From positions 608,001-672,000 of the forward strand of contig CBDBCZ010000016.1 of assembly GCA_965203295.1 (NCBI GenBank): a stretch of DNA of 64,000 nt, written 5' to 3'. Position 1 is the first letter of the stretch. Each line of letters begins with the position of its first letter. The notes beneath the pieces were generated by a model. The model was not told the origin of the DNA and searched no databases. It was given only the letters and a program-made list of their open reading frames with translations. Shown piece by piece: positions 1-14,300 of this stretch. The stretch is from Nitrospirales bacterium. Lineage in GTDB: Bacteria > Nitrospirota > Nitrospiria > Nitrospirales > UBA8639. Made by a program: the position numbers and the translations under genes.

Positions 1-870
1 TGGTGTCCATATTTGGCTAAAAAAAAGGCTATCCTTATATACGTACATGTACCTTGTAGCGTCGCTTTGCACATTGCACACGCTTAACGCTTTTGAGTGG
101 GAGGATGAACTATTACATCTTGTACTTCATATTTTACAAAACTACGTATTATTCGCCCACCCCCCTCTTTTAACTAGCACTTAAGTACTCTACCCATGTG
201 CGGAAAATATGTAGAGTACAGTACACGTAATGCATGTCAGATTCTGAGTTTTTTGCAGCCTGAATTGCTCCATGATTTCTTAGTGGACTCCTTGCCTTGT
301 TCCCGGGCCCCCGCTCTTTTTGGTTGCACGCTGTAGGGCCTGGTATCTAAACCCATGTGATCAGTTTACTAGCATTATGCATGGATGAGGACCAATTCAA
401 TAGACGGCAGCATTACTCTACATTTCACCAGAGACTTTGTTTCAGCGGTACGTCTTTGGCACAAATGAGTCGTGAAGATTTTTATAGCTACAATTCACTC
501 GTCTGAGAATTGCAATAGTGCTCAACCGCCTACAATAATCACCTTTCTACCATCTTTCAACTCTTAGGCTTGCGCACCTAACTTACCGGGTCCTGCAACA
601 GTTCATGTAATTACCTGAAAAAGGTGCATGCCTAGGTAGTGTTTGAGCACATTTACACATTATTGCTACTCACGGGACCTTTGACGAATCAGAAGTCTCA
701 AAATCGATCACATGACCGCACATTAAATCGTTCACATGTAATGTACACTTAAGTGTTCACTAAATTATTTAAGTGTGCATTAACAAGTGAGTGCACACTT
801 TTCTAAATAACGCCCAACGGAACTGTAGCTGTCTCAGGTCAGTGAGAGAACTAAATGCTTTAAATACATG

Positions 871-1038
871 TACCAGTTGGCAGTGCATTACAGGATTTAG
901 TTAGTGCACTCGGACAATTAAGTAATGGTCTCGGGCGGATAATGCACTAGCTTTCGGCTTGTGTATTATCCACCCTTTAACAGTTACTTAATTGTCCTCC
1001 CGCACTAACTAAATCCTGTAATGCACTGCCAACTGGTA
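871..1038. mobile_element. Palindromic MITE-like element
   Basis: TACCAGTTGGCAGTGCATTACAGGATTTAGTTAGTGC at 871 and its reverse complement ending at 1038; near-complete hairpin; no TSD seen. Confidence 0.75.
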
Positions 1039-1119
1039 ACTAAATATTACTAAGTGTGCAGCGTTATGTAATTTACTAATAACATAATACGTATTGACGT
1101 TCGTTGCTCTGTGCCATAG

Positions 1120-1820
<701 letters not shown>

Positions 1821-2574
1821 AAATGTTTTCTTTCGTGCGTTTCTAAATATTGCTCGTCTTCTGTTCCAACAGTTTTACATACATGTATATTATGTAATGG
1901 TGCTATTGTATTGTCTGTTTGTGTGGGCGCTACTGCTGAAGATGTTTACTGATGGAGTCTTTGTTGTGTGTTCTGTAGTGCGTTACTAATATTGTGTTAT
2001 GCACAGCATAACTGCTTTGTGTTATGCCTGCTGATGTTTATTGGTATAATAATATAATTATGTACTTTTTTTTTACGTACACACAAATTTTTTTTATACT
2101 AGTATGATGTTCTACTGGATGTGTATAATTATACTTGTGCATTGGAGCTGCATAAATGGCATTTGAAACACTGTGCTGATTATTATAACAACCCACCTGG
2201 TGTATAACTGCCCCGTTGCCAACCCAGCAACCAAAGTGCTATTGTTACGCTCCTATCAAACTTTTGGGTAAATCAGACCATAGCTACAATCGTAATAAAG
2301 TCCATGTGGACTTTACGTATTAGCTATGTATGTTCAGTCATCCATATTATGCGTGATGCAATGCCTAGTGTGCCTCTGGTCTCTGAAATGGAGGTTCAGA
2401 TCTGGCACGAGACTAGTCTCGTCTCCAGCTGAGACCTGATGTCTACGCATGTGACTACACGAGGTTCTATTTGTACAGTTTCATATCCTCCTCTGTGACA
2501 CATACTTACTATACATAGTGTAAGTCTGCCATTGACCTTTTAGTGTACCATGTCAATGATGTCATGCATGCCCC

Positions 2575-2628
2575 TACTCTCGTGCCCTGACGAATATTTC
2601 GCGAAATCTCCATCAGGGCACGAGACTA
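2575..2628. mobile_element. 54-bp MITE (TAC/TAG..CTA type) with 9-bp TSD
   Basis: TIR (TA)CTCTCGTGCCCTGA / TCAGGGCACGAGACTA; TSD GCATGCCCC at 2566-2574 and 2629-2637. Confidence 0.85.
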
Positions 2629-3249
2629 GCATGCCCCAGCTGGGAAGCGATCATGTGCACTATAGTTGAATACAGGTCATGCATGTACAATAATATTAGC
2701 TGTGCTGTCTAAGCATAGCTATAGTAGAGTGTATAGTCCTACTATCTATGGTGAACTTGTGTAAGTTTAGCACTTTCAAAATTTCACAGTAGAATCTGAG
2801 TGAAAACCGCTACCTTACCGTAGTTTTACGTAATATTTTGCAAACTCCCTGAGAATTCACTGCATTCAAGCCCAATCTTCTGCAGCACAGCTCCATACTT
2901 GCAATTGGCCCTACCCTGAAAATTTTAGTCTCTTCCCCCCCCCCTCCATCAAACTTCCAGCAAAATTAGTCCTAGCTTGAAGATTTTGCCCACCCCTTAG
3001 TTTTTAGTCAGCAAAATTAGTGTCGTAATACAAATTTATAATACAGGCATAAACAAAGAATGCATGTATAGCGTGTACGTTGTGCAGTTTTGCATGTAAG
3101 CAAATACACTATTTCTTACATCTGCTACAATGCCATGTATTGTTGCTACTCAAAGCTGCATGTGGTACATCGATGCAGTACTCCGTGCATGTGCTATATC
3201 ACCTCTCATAGCCAGACCACTCAATCCACTTTATTATTTGGCATCCTAC

Positions 3250-4470
3250 AAGTGCAGTATACTGGGACTTCGTCTACTGGACAAACTCTGTCAGCTCAAC
3301 ATTAAAGTTATGGCAAGCCACAATTTACACTCATTCTGCAAGCCAGAGAGTGCTGGGAAGGCCCACTTCAGAAGCATTTGAGCTGCATCAATGATACTGT
3401 CTGAGTAACCAGGATTCAGCAGGATCTCTCTTATCTCTTTTTTAGGCAGATTAAGTTTCTGGATCCAGAATTTTCCTGTTGGTTTTGTCTTGGCTGGTAT
3501 TTGTCAACATCAATCACGTCGGGCTTCTGCACTATCTTCACTAACTGTCTCTGTCTCCTCTTCAGCATCAACTCCTTTGCTTTGACGTTCTTTTCTACTG
3601 CTTTATGGTCTCGCATTTGTTTCTTGCTGCTACGCTCTTGATCTCCCTTCATCTTTTGCTTCTATGCAGCTCTCGGTCAGCTCTTTCACCGTTGCTCTCA
3701 AAATCTTTGGGTGGAGGTGATGGGATGGAAATGCAGGGGGTAGTGCATGCCAATGGAGCTGTGGCAGGAAATGGCAGGTGAGTATTGTGTAGTACCTGAA
3801 GTGATGGTAGTTCAAGAAAGACTGCTGAAGTTTGTTACATGTAGCTAGCTACGAGGAGGCAAGGTGGTGAAGGTCTCCTTGTGTGGGCACTCATCACTAC
3901 TGCAATGGGATGAAATGCAGGAACCTCATACTCCTGGTTCATCTCCATTAGGGGGAGAGAGAGAGATCTTCATCCCTGGACATTCATTGTCGGGAGGGGG
4001 TTAAAGCATGAAAGCCTCATCTTCGTTAGGGGGCAAGAGAGGGTCATCATTGGGATATTGATGAAATGGTGAAAGCCTCGTCCTTGATCTCTGAGCTCCC
4101 CTCATCAGGTAAAGGTGCAGTGATGTTATCTCCAAGAGGTGAAGGTGCGGCATATGGCTTGAGGTGGGGCCCTGTAGCGCGTAGACTTTTTGGTTTGTTT
4201 GATGGATCAGCAAGCTCATATATTATGCTACATGGGAGAAGGACCTTTGTGATTGTGTATGGTCCCAGATACCCCTCCTTCAACTTGCCTCGTTTGGTCT
4301 TTTGCAGGTGAAATCCTTCTTCATGTTCAGTACCAGCTGCTTGACCTGGAATCACTCTGGTTTGGCATGATTTTGGTCATAGTTCTCTTTCTGCTTCTGC
4401 TGTGCTACCAGGATGTTAGGATATCAGGCACTTTCTACAAAGCTTATAATTATATAATTTTTCATTCTCT
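3250..4470 (-). pseudogene. Degenerate Ginger-like integrase C-terminus plus Ulp1-like protease remnant
   Basis: Broken frames read NILVAQQKQKENYDQNH..FQV..LVL..KDF, then RGKLKEGYLGPYTITKV (GPY/F motif) and SDSIIDAAQMLLKWAFPALSGLQ (start of a C48/Ulp1-like domain); stops and frameshifts. Confidence 0.55.
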
Positions 4471-5104
4471 CGTTGCTCCCTTGTCTCCTGCTCGACTTTT
4501 CAAGTATCATTCTCTGACGTTGCAAGAGTGTTAATGATGACTGCACATTGTTCTATACATCATCATCAGCCAGTTCTTGACCAAAACACCATCTAGCAGC
4601 ACTGAGACACCATGTTTAGGTTTACTGGCTGTAAGAATATGGGAATGGCATGAGCTGCTGTGTAGCAGAATGAAACCAGTATTGGATAGCATTCAACCTT
4701 GGACCTGTACTTTCACTTTCAATTTCCAAATTGATATTTAGTATAGTCAGCATCTGAGATTCTGAGGACAGATTCCTTGTATTTTTTGGCTGCTTCTACT
4801 GACAGATGAATGATGTTATTTGAAGAGGCGGAAAATCACAAACACCTGACCACTCAGAAGTTGATTCAGTAGTAGGAGTCATAAGATGATATCACTAGAA
4901 TGCATAATATATATGTGCAGGACATTCAGTGCCCAGTCACACATACCCAGCAGCATACTTGCACTTTGATCTTTTCACTGTTCCATCTGGTGTACAATGT
5001 ACTGTGACACATTCTATGTCTCAGAATTCAGAAAGGCTCCTATCCAAGGACAGGCTAGCACTGGCCCCACCAAAAAGCAGCCCATTGGTAAATTGTCTCC
5101 TAAT

Positions 5105-5981
5105 CCACAGCAGCCGACCCACACCGGCCCCAGTGAAAAGCAGCTCAAGTTTACCCCCACCATACAGCAGCAGCCCCACACCGGCCCCAGTAAAAAGCAG
5201 CCCAAGTTTACCCCCACCACACAGCAGCCCCACACCGGCCCCAGTAAAAAGCAGCTCAAGTTTACCCCCACCACACAGCAGCTGGCCCACACCGGCCCCA
5301 GTGAAAAGCAGCCCAAGTTTACCCCCACCACACAGCAGCCGGCCCACACCGGCCCCAGTGAAAAGCAGCCCAAGTTTACCCCCACCACACAGCAGCCGAC
5401 CCACACCGGCCCCAGTGAAAAGCAGCTCAAGTTTACCCCCACCACACAGCAGCAGCCCCACACCGGCCCCAGTGAAAAGCAGCCCAAGTTTACCCCCACC
5501 ACACAGCAGCCCCACACCGGCCCCAGTGAAAAGCAACCCAAGTTTACCCCCACCACACAGCAGCCCCACACCGGCCCCAGTAAAAAGCAGCCCAAGTTTA
5601 CCCCCACCACACAGCAGCCCCACACCGGCCCCAGTGAAAAGCAACCCAAGTTTACCCCCACCACACAGCAGCCCCACACCGGCCCCAGTGAAAAGCAGCC
5701 CAAGTTTACCCCCACCACACAGCAGCCGGCCCACACCGGCCCCAGTGAAAAGCAGCCCAAGTTTACCCCCACCACACAGCAGCCGACCCACACCGGCCCC
5801 AGTGAAAAGCAGCTCAAGTTTACCCCCACCACACAGCAGCAGCCCCACACCGGCCCCAGTGAAAAGCAGCCCAAGTTTACCCCCACCACACAGCAGCCCC
5901 ACACCGGCCCCAGTGAAAAGCAACCCAAGTTTACCCCCACCACACAGCAGCCCCACACCGGCCCCAGTGAAAAGCAGCCCA
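5105..5981. repeat. Minisatellite, about 16 units of 54 or 57 bp
   Basis: Unit CCACACAGCAGCCCCACACCGGCCCCAGTGAAAAGCAGCCCAAGTTTACCCCCA; accounts for the four overlapping ORFs at 4929-6102. Confidence 0.97.
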
Positions 5982-6189
5982 CAACAAAACTCTTTCCAGT
6001 GAGCAGGCAGGGCAAGTGCAAGTGCTGCAGTGCGTGCAGCGGGAAAGGAACAAGCAATGCCAGAAGAAATCTGAAGTTGGGCCTACAGCAGTAGCTATTC
6101 ACAAATTAGAGAAACATCTCAGATGCATATGGTTAGGAGTGACTTGACTGTTTTACAACAATACAGATTAAAGGAAAGGGTGATTTCTG

Positions 6190-7225
6190 CACGGAAACTC
6201 TAAGAAATCAGAACTATTAGTGAAGGAAGGGGTAGAAAATTAAAGTCTACGGAGTTCCCGGAGTTACCAACTATTCTACTCTATGCATTTGGAGAGCATG
6301 ATACTAAAGAAGATGGTGGTGGGGTGGAGGCTCATCCTAGACTAACTACTGGGACACTCTATCGAGCATTGGATAATGTAACAACCATGAAGAGTGCTAG
6401 GGATATCCTGCTATCTCTTGCCCCAAGTGGCTTTCAGATTTCTCTCAGTTCCTGTTACGATTACACAGAGAATTACAGAAAGGAAGCTGACAAGCTATAC
6501 AACATCACTCTGGTAGGGGTGTTAATGCACTTTTATCTCTCAAGAAGCCTCCCCGCACTGGAGTACAACAGCTAGTTGTCAACTTACACTGGACAACAGC
6601 AAACGTTAATCTCATTGTAGATAATTGCCAGGATCTGTCCCGTTGTCTGATTGTTTCTAAAGATGCTAAAGCAGTGATCTACATAGCTCAACTGACATGT
6701 CACCTGTCCAACACCCCGGTCCAGATCACACATATCATGGGACCAATCCAGGACGAATGCGATAACACCAATGGTGCTCCTATTTTTACAGTCAAATGTT
6801 ACAATTTTACCATCCAGTACTGTGGAATCCTTACAAATAGGGGTCTCTGACATCACTCAGCTTCATCTTACTCGCACTGGACAGGGTATAACACTGCTTA
6901 ATTTATAATTTTACAAGCCAGAAACTAATTTTAGATGTCTGAATGAGCTTTGTTACCTTCTGACCCTCCCAGCATTGGATGTGTCCTTCAGGGATAGAAA
7001 CACCGGTTGTCTGAAGAAGGAACTAACATTTGTGGTAGATAATGGCCCAGCTGAGCAGCCAAGTAGTGCTCTAGTACAAATGTGTTTAGTTCGCCTGCTG
7101 AATCTTCTCAAGCTCAACAAAGTCACTTAAGTATCCTTTGCTGAGTATCACAGCAAACGGAACTTTGTTGAGCGTGTGCATGCGGAAGAAAGCCGTGTTC
7201 TGTCCAAACACGGTCCCTTCAGAAG
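6190..7225 (+). pseudogene. Degenerate DDE transposase, Zator/TP36-like
   Basis: Fragments EGRGRKLKSTEFPEL..GGGVEAHPRL, VSKDAKAV, TFVVDNGPAEQPSS and FAEYHSKRNFVERVHAEESRVLS resemble the Zator D..DGGPDENP..S.YN.VERR motifs; several stops and frameshifts. Confidence 0.5.
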
Positions 7226-8129
7226 CCAACCCCGTCATAATCATTGTTATTATTGTTAATTAAAAATCTGGAGGGTGTCACCTTTATGTTTTTGATTTAT
7301 CCTGGGGGGTCAACATTGTCAAATAGTGTCTGGAGGGCGTTAACTTCATTTTAGTTGATTTGTCCTGATCATGGATCACGACTGGGTGATGTGGGCGGAG
7401 TCATCACTTCCGGTTGGGCCTAATTATGCAAATTGTTGGCCAGGTTATTGCAACTTCCGAACTTGTGGATCTATATAGCTCGTTGAAGAATATTGCGTTA
7501 TTGCAACTTCCGAACTTGTGGATCTAGCTCGTTGAAGAATATTGAAGTTGCGCAAAACCGTACCCAGAAGTTATATTACAGCGCCGTGCATTAGGGGTGA
7601 GTCAAGCTTAATCCACTGTACCCTGTACGCTGAGTAGCAAAGTCCGCCTATATGATCATGCAGTTGTTTTCAGCAGCAAAGAATTGCGACCATAACGGCT
7701 ATATGCCATAGCGACTTGGGTTTTTGTCTCGTATCATGACAGAGATTTCCAATCGTCCCATGTAAAATTGTTGTTGTTTTTTTTTCGCTGGGCGGGGCTC
7801 TGGGTACACTGGTTTTTCACGGAGAGGGCACTATCAAACTCCAGCTGCAGAGCGATATGGCTGAGTGTTATGACAGCTATTTCAGCCTTCATCAGAGATA
7901 CATTTTTTTATTTTCCCTTAAAGGATGGTCGAAAAATATGTGAAATACGGTTGGGATGAACTAAAATTCTGTATAACATTGCTTAATTTACTCTCTCTTC
8001 CATAGAAAGATGTATGTCATAAGTTATCTTGCTTATTCATACCACATTAATGCATGTCTGAGAGTTTGATGGTTTAGTTGTCTGCATCAGCCTCAATAGA
8101 ACAAAACACTACCACTTAATATACCCCAA

Positions 8130-8602
8130 CAAACCATGGATTGCCAAATCTGGTTGCAACTGTACAAAATGTTGCAATGGGGGATCTGCATGACAAGTAT
8201 TCAAAATTCTCTTTTGTTCGTCTGCTGAGGTCACTGCCTTGACTCTCCGTTTCTGTTTTTGGACGAAAACCTAGCCATTTTCCACCACTAGCATTGTGGC
8301 CCTCTTCCGCACAGCACGCTTTCTGTCCTTGCTCAAGTAAGGGGGGTAGCCGTTCGTCAGAACGTACTTGATAGCGAGTTCCAATATAGCGTCTTCTTTA
8401 TCAACTGCTTCCATTCCAGTAGCTCAAGATACACTTCCGGTGACTCGCTGGTCTTCTTATAATCGCCATCTTCCGCCAACTTCAGAGTTTGACAGCTGTT
8501 GGTACACTTTTATTTCAGCCGCGGTCCAAATATTACACCGTAAAACCAAAATATTTGTTCCGGGGGGAACATTTTTTACGGGGGTCCAAATATTCCGTGA
8601 CA
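8130..8602 (-). mobile_element. Ginger-like element 5' end and N-terminal integrase remnant
   Basis: ATG at 8414: MEAVDKEDAILELAIKYVLTNGYPPYLSKDRKRAVRKRA..G*..EQKRILNTCHAD (region preceding the integrase Zn finger); candidate terminus TGTCACGGAATATTTGGACC at 8602 with subterminal GGTCCAAATATT repeats. Confidence 0.5.
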
Positions 8603-9785
8603 GTCCCCCCCCCCCCCATTTTTTGTTGTTTGTGTTACAGAGTGGAGCCTGGGTCTGAATAAAAAGGTGAACTGTCAGCCTCATAAAGACCATCGGGTTA
8701 TTTTTTAAAAACAAAATTTTTGGTGCTTGAGTTATGACTTTATTATTCTTGTCAGACCATAAAATCAGGTGATGGTGCAATTTTATTCAGTGCATATTTC
8801 TGTGTACTTTGGTTTTTCCTGGTATAAACATTCATAAGTCAGACACTACCCCCACATGTGTTCATATAATCATAGTCCACACATGTACATCAACATGTTA
8901 GCAAAATGAATTTATACTGGAGACATGCAGTGTTTTATACACCCCCTGATTGTTTCTGTGCAACGTTATGCTCTCGTCAGTTGGGTGTGGTCTAGCTCAT
9001 AAGCTAAGCTCATAGCTCATACATGTACATGCTTAAGCTTACTAGGCAAATGTTCGTGATAATTTTGTCATGTGCATGCAGGAGAGATGGTTCTCGTGTG
9101 CCAGGTTCGGATGATGATTTCTGTATATACCGGTAGGTGGCAGCTGGCATCATAATCTTTTTTTGGCAGACGCAAAGTAGAAAATTATAGCCTTACACAT
9201 GGCCATGTAGGTAAGGGGTGTCCCTGCGTGCATGCTGTTGGTGGTGGCATAGAACTGCCTTGTGAGTACACACTTCACTACGAAGAAAGACCACTCACAT
9301 GTAAGAATAGCGCTAGCTATGTACAACAATCTCAGAGTACAGTGTAGTCGACAAAGCGCGAAAGTGACTGTTGAGACCAAACCTAAAGTTTAATTTGCAT
9401 GCTCTTGTACTACTGTATTTGAAAAATAGCCCATGATTAATAAGTACCCCATATAGTCTGTACCACGAAAATGCGCATTCTCTGAATAGAAGTACCGGTA
9501 CTTGTACTCCAGTAATAATGACATGGTCTTCTTGCGTATTCTCGCACATTCACATTTTATTAGCACACGTCACATCTGTAACACGTATGCCTGGACACAA
9601 CACACACACACACACAAACAGACAGACACAGCTAAGATGATATTGTGTCCAAGAGTTCAATCCAATAGCAGATGAATATTACTTCAATCCAATGACACAC
9701 ACATACTTTGGTTGAGTTCCGCCCCTTGTATGGTACAAGCATGCAATAACAAATGAATATTGCAGTCTGGATATGCAATAACATA

Positions 9786-10256
9786 CGGTAAACTACGTAT
9801 TATCCGCCCATCCCCCTTTTTGAGTCTAAGTTACGTCGGAGGGTATTTATGTACTTAGTATCCGCCCACCATTAAATACCATCCATGCGAGCTAAACATG
9901 CAACCAACAACTGAAAATTCCAAGACAACGAGCAGAGTCAAACGACAAAACTCGATCTTCAGTGCGCTTTAATTGGAATACCGACGGTAAGTCCGTCAGC
10001 CACTTCGCTTTTTAGCGGATAATAGTAGTCTGCATGCTTCTATAATAGGTACTTCAATACAATTTGCATTCACTGTGGTGCGGTACTTGCCTAGAAAAGC
10101 TATACTTACCTTGTATACTCGCTTTGCATACCGCGCGTTTGGAATGCGGGCGGATACTACATCGTATTTATAAAAAGTACGTATTATCCGCCCACCCCCC
10201 TCTTTCAGCTTGCACTTAAGTGGCCCGCCCATGGGCGGATAATACGCACTTTACAG
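9786..10256. mobile_element. Non-autonomous Tc1/pogo-like element
   Basis: TA-flanked TIRs CGGTAAACTACGTATTATCCGCCCA / TGGGCGGATAATACGCACTTTACAG; related right-end fragment at about 140-222. Confidence 0.7.
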
Positions 10257-10809
10257 TAAAAGATATTCAGGTGGCTGGGGTCATACACTAGCTATTAGGG
10301 TAGGCAGAATAAAAAACAACTTGTAAAACTGTGAGGCCGAAATAAATATTAACCCTTCGAATTCCTTTTTTACAGTGTACCACATTCTGGTTTGTATGTC
10401 ATTGTAAACAGTAGCTACTGTTGCAATAATTTTGGCAGCCCACCTTAGGTTGTTGTGTTACTGTAGCTAATTCAGAAAGACCAGCGAGGCTATAGATAAA
10501 ACATTTGGCCCATAGCTAGATAACTTTTCTTCACAAAAATGTGATGGACTAGTGTGTGCGCAAGTTGAGAAGTAAACATTTTCTGTCACAATTGAAATAC
10601 TCATCTTATTTCTCTGCTTGTTATTGAAGCCACAGCTAAACACCTGTGTGGTTTCTGTCCTACCAGCGTGGTGTACAAAAAGTTTCTTTCAATCTATACT
10701 TTTGCTACACTGTAACTGCATGCTTTAGGGCTCAAACCTGCTCTATGTTAAATTAATATAGACTCTTATAATTGTCCTTTGGCCACTTCATTGACAGTGG
10801 GCACTGTGA

Positions 10810-11192
10810 CAAACTAGGAGAAACATACCCCGCGCTGCATAATTCACAACTGGGACCTGGCAGGACTGCAGACTGGAGTGCCAATATGAACACGTGACCA
10901 GCGTCCGTATATGCCCGGCCCCCATCGTATTCTAGTTGTGACCGTATTAAAATGGCAGAATGTAACGTTGTTAAATAAGAAAGAGCTACAGACGCAGCGA
11001 ATGGAACCGCTTTGGCGACTATCAGATACACACCCGGACATTTTTTAAAAAAATTTCAATGTTACTGTCGTGTTTAGCAATAGCTTAACACTCTAAATCG
11101 CGAGATGGCCTGATTTTTGAGTGGACGGACAACGGACGGACAGACAGAACCAATCGCTTAATCCCGCCGCCGCCTACGCGCCGCGGGGTAAA
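10810..11192 (+). mobile_element. Helentron/HINE-like short interspersed element, copy 1
   Basis: Subterminal inverted motif TACCCCGCG..CGCGGGGTA and GGAC/AGAC microsatellite near the 3' end; homologous to 27158-27647. Confidence 0.6.
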
Positions 11193-11307
11193 AATATGTG
11201 CATGTGCCTACCAAAGTAACTTAGCATGCGATTGTACGTACAGTATTTGATTACTGTCTACCTTATCAGCACTGTGCATATACGGTAATATTTTCACACA
11301 GCTGAAA

Positions 11308-14300
11308 ATGTCCGAGGGCAAGCCCTCTGGTGCAGACCAGTCCACCTCTAACGGTGGGGGTGGAGGGGACCCAGGAGGGGGGAGTGGTCAGTGGGGTCCT
11401 GTTGAAAATGGTGAGTAACTCACTCCTAGACATTACAGCAGTCTCACTTTTAAGTTATGTCTCATCAAAATTGACTACACAGGACTTCAGTTACGTTTGA
11501 AAGACCAAGAACAACCTCTTCAAAGGTTTACGTACGCCTGGGCTCCAACTACTCGAGTACCACAGTCGATAAACTGGACCAATATCACAGCAGAAGATGT
11601 CCAGTATGACCACATCAGATGCCACACTCTGCAAGAAGGAGAAGATTTGCCTTCGCTTGTTTCAGCACTTGATGCCAATTCACTCTCTAGGGCTCTGATT
11701 CTCATTAATGTTAAAGACACCTATCAAATCCATTCTGAATATCTATTGGCTGAAAGTCATTGGAAGATCCCAATGCTGGTTATAACAACCAATGATGGAA
11801 ACTTTCTTACGGCTCTTCTAAAGCAGCACCCGATGGGTATAGAAGCAAGAGTGTCTATGGAGCCAGGTCAACCTGCCCAGCCCCAGTCCCAGCCTCAGTC
11901 CCAGCCCCGCCCCCAGCCCCGGCCCCGGCCTCGGCCCCTGTCCCAGCCCCAGTTCCACCCCCGCCCCCAGCCTCGGCCCCGATCCCAGTCCCAGCCCCAA
12001 CTCCGGCTGCAGCCCCAACCCCAGCCTCAGTCCCAGCCCCGCCCCCGGCCTCGGCCTCGGTCCCAGCCCCAGTTTCACCCCCGCCCCTGGCCCCGGCCTC
12101 GGCCCCGATCCCAGTCCCAGCCCCAACTTCGGCCGCAGCCGCAGCCCCAACCCCAGCCCCGGCCCCGGCCCCAACCCCAGCCACAGCCTCAGGCCCAGCC
12201 TCGTCCTCAGCCCCGGCCCCGACCCCAGCCCCAGCCTCGGGCCCAGCCACAGCTCCAGCCCCAGCCCCAGTCTATCGGTCCTATAGCTGATCACTCAGCT
12301 ATAAATGGTATGCTATGAACTTGCAAAGTTTAGGAAAAAGAAAATAGATATTCACTAATTGCAGAGCATATATTGGAGTGAGTGTTAGGGAGCCCGCATG
12401 TACGCTAGCATGCTTGTTTTTGCCCGTCTGTAATTTGTATGACACTGTGAGAGAGAAGTTTCCTCTTGCTCTTATGCTCTAACTTGAGAATGTACAAGAC
12501 TGCTAATTACATGCGTGCACATATGTGTATGGTCAAGTAATATGGCAGTAACATGGGTAGTAGATGTCTTTGGAGTCTGGATTTGACCCACTCTGCCTAT
12601 CATCATAAGCAATATACTTTTGCTATTCCTTCCCTAAATTGCTCCCCAATTGAAATCAACAACAAGCAGCTGGCCTTCACGAAAATCCTGAATGGATAGC
12701 AAAGTATGTGCAGCAAGCAGCTCTTGGTATAATGCAGATGTAATACGACTGTCTATAGTCTTCATTATGAATGCTTCATACAATCTCACAAAAATATCTA
12801 CATGCATGGGAACTACTGTTGCACTGCACAAAAGTATTGTAAGCTCGTTTTGTATTTTTTATGTTAGCTGTTCTTTTTGTATACAGACACTGACAATATA
12901 CCTTTTGTTTTTTTAGGGTCTATAGGTCATGGAGCAGGTATTTATGATGAGTGGGTGACCATTACAGCTGATGATATTCCAATAAACGGTATGCTTATAG
13001 TTGTGGAATCCGTTTTATAGGTGAACCGTTTCTTTAAGTGTAAGGTAATGGCATAAGAATAGCTATGCCATTGGGAGCATACTTTTATGATGTATGAATG
13101 ATAGCTGTGAAATATTGAACCTAGCTGTAAGCAATTGACTTTGGCAGCACTGGGGCTCCTTAATTGTGCACAAATTTAGTGAAGATAAGTTTGTCCACAC
13201 CTTTACCTTTGTGTAACTGAATGAAGTGGGGGCCTGGGAAGGATACCCCCCTGTCAGAAAGTACTCATACATGTAGAAAGAGACAATGGTACCGATAACT
13301 TTTGCCATAGCTTTTATAGTGCAGTAAGTGCATGCTTTCAGTGGCCAAGAGGTACCTACACTTCCTTAATTACGTATTGACACTTGATTTTGACTTTCAC
13401 GATTGCACATTTGGACTTTCTGTTTCTTGGAACTTATGACTTTCGACTTCCTATTTCTCAAAATTTGATTGTTTTTGGACTTCCCCTTTCTTGAACATTA
13501 CCCTTGACCTAAAACTTTTAAATATATGATCTTCAACTGTACATGCATGCATCTGACTTTCTTCAGCTGGGCTGCAGCCTCACTGGAACTCTTGCCGGTG
13601 TAGGCCCGGGAAAGAGAGTATACTGATCAACAGTAATCATGTATATGGTTCAAGTCTCAGGCCAGCAGTCCCAGGATTATCAATAGGTGCTATAACCTTG
13701 TTGTCATAGTTTGACCACCCATAAGTTGCCACTAGACATTGTAGTGTCGTGGGTTTACCTACTAGCCGATCGTGGCGGATTCGCTAGAGCACATAAAACA
13801 TCATATGGCATGTGGCAACTTCCAAGACCAGAGACAATTATACTGCACATGCGCAATGGGATACAATTACGTAATGGCCTAAATACACTACACTCCTCCC
13901 TACCAAAACAACAAGTGATAACTAATGCAAAACCAAGGAGTGATACAATAACCATAAATTAAAGAGAACTGTTCACATGAAACGATCCGGAGCTCTACAC
14001 TCCCGCTGTGGGTAGCGTCGCTCGTTCGAGGGAGGTTCGACAGATGGGCGTTCGTTTGACGGATCAGTCTCGGGTGTACGATTGGGGAGGACTGGCACGC
14101 TCCAGTCGGTGTTCGATGCTACGATGGGTTCTCGAATATCACCACAGATGCGCAAGTGGTCCAGGTGACGCTTCCACAGCTGGCCACCGTCGACTTGAAC
14201 CCGGTACGTCAGCGGACCCAATCGCTCCACTACCACTCCGGGTATCCACGGAGCACCGGGCCTCAGATTCCTGGCCATCACAGATTGACCAGTGTGCAGC

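Noticed and set aside
4929..6102. Extensin- or mucin-like genes; CRISPR-like array
   Set aside because: Open frames follow from unit lengths divisible by three; units are contiguous with no unique spacers and no cas genes
11818..12294. Minus-strand Gly/Leu and Gly/Ala ORFs
   Set aside because: Antisense shadows of the Pro/Gln/Arg coding repeat
13028..13739. The whole 865-bp direct repeat as the LTR
   Set aside because: TG..CA ends, PPT and GACAT TSD define a 153-bp LTR; the remainder is duplicated flank
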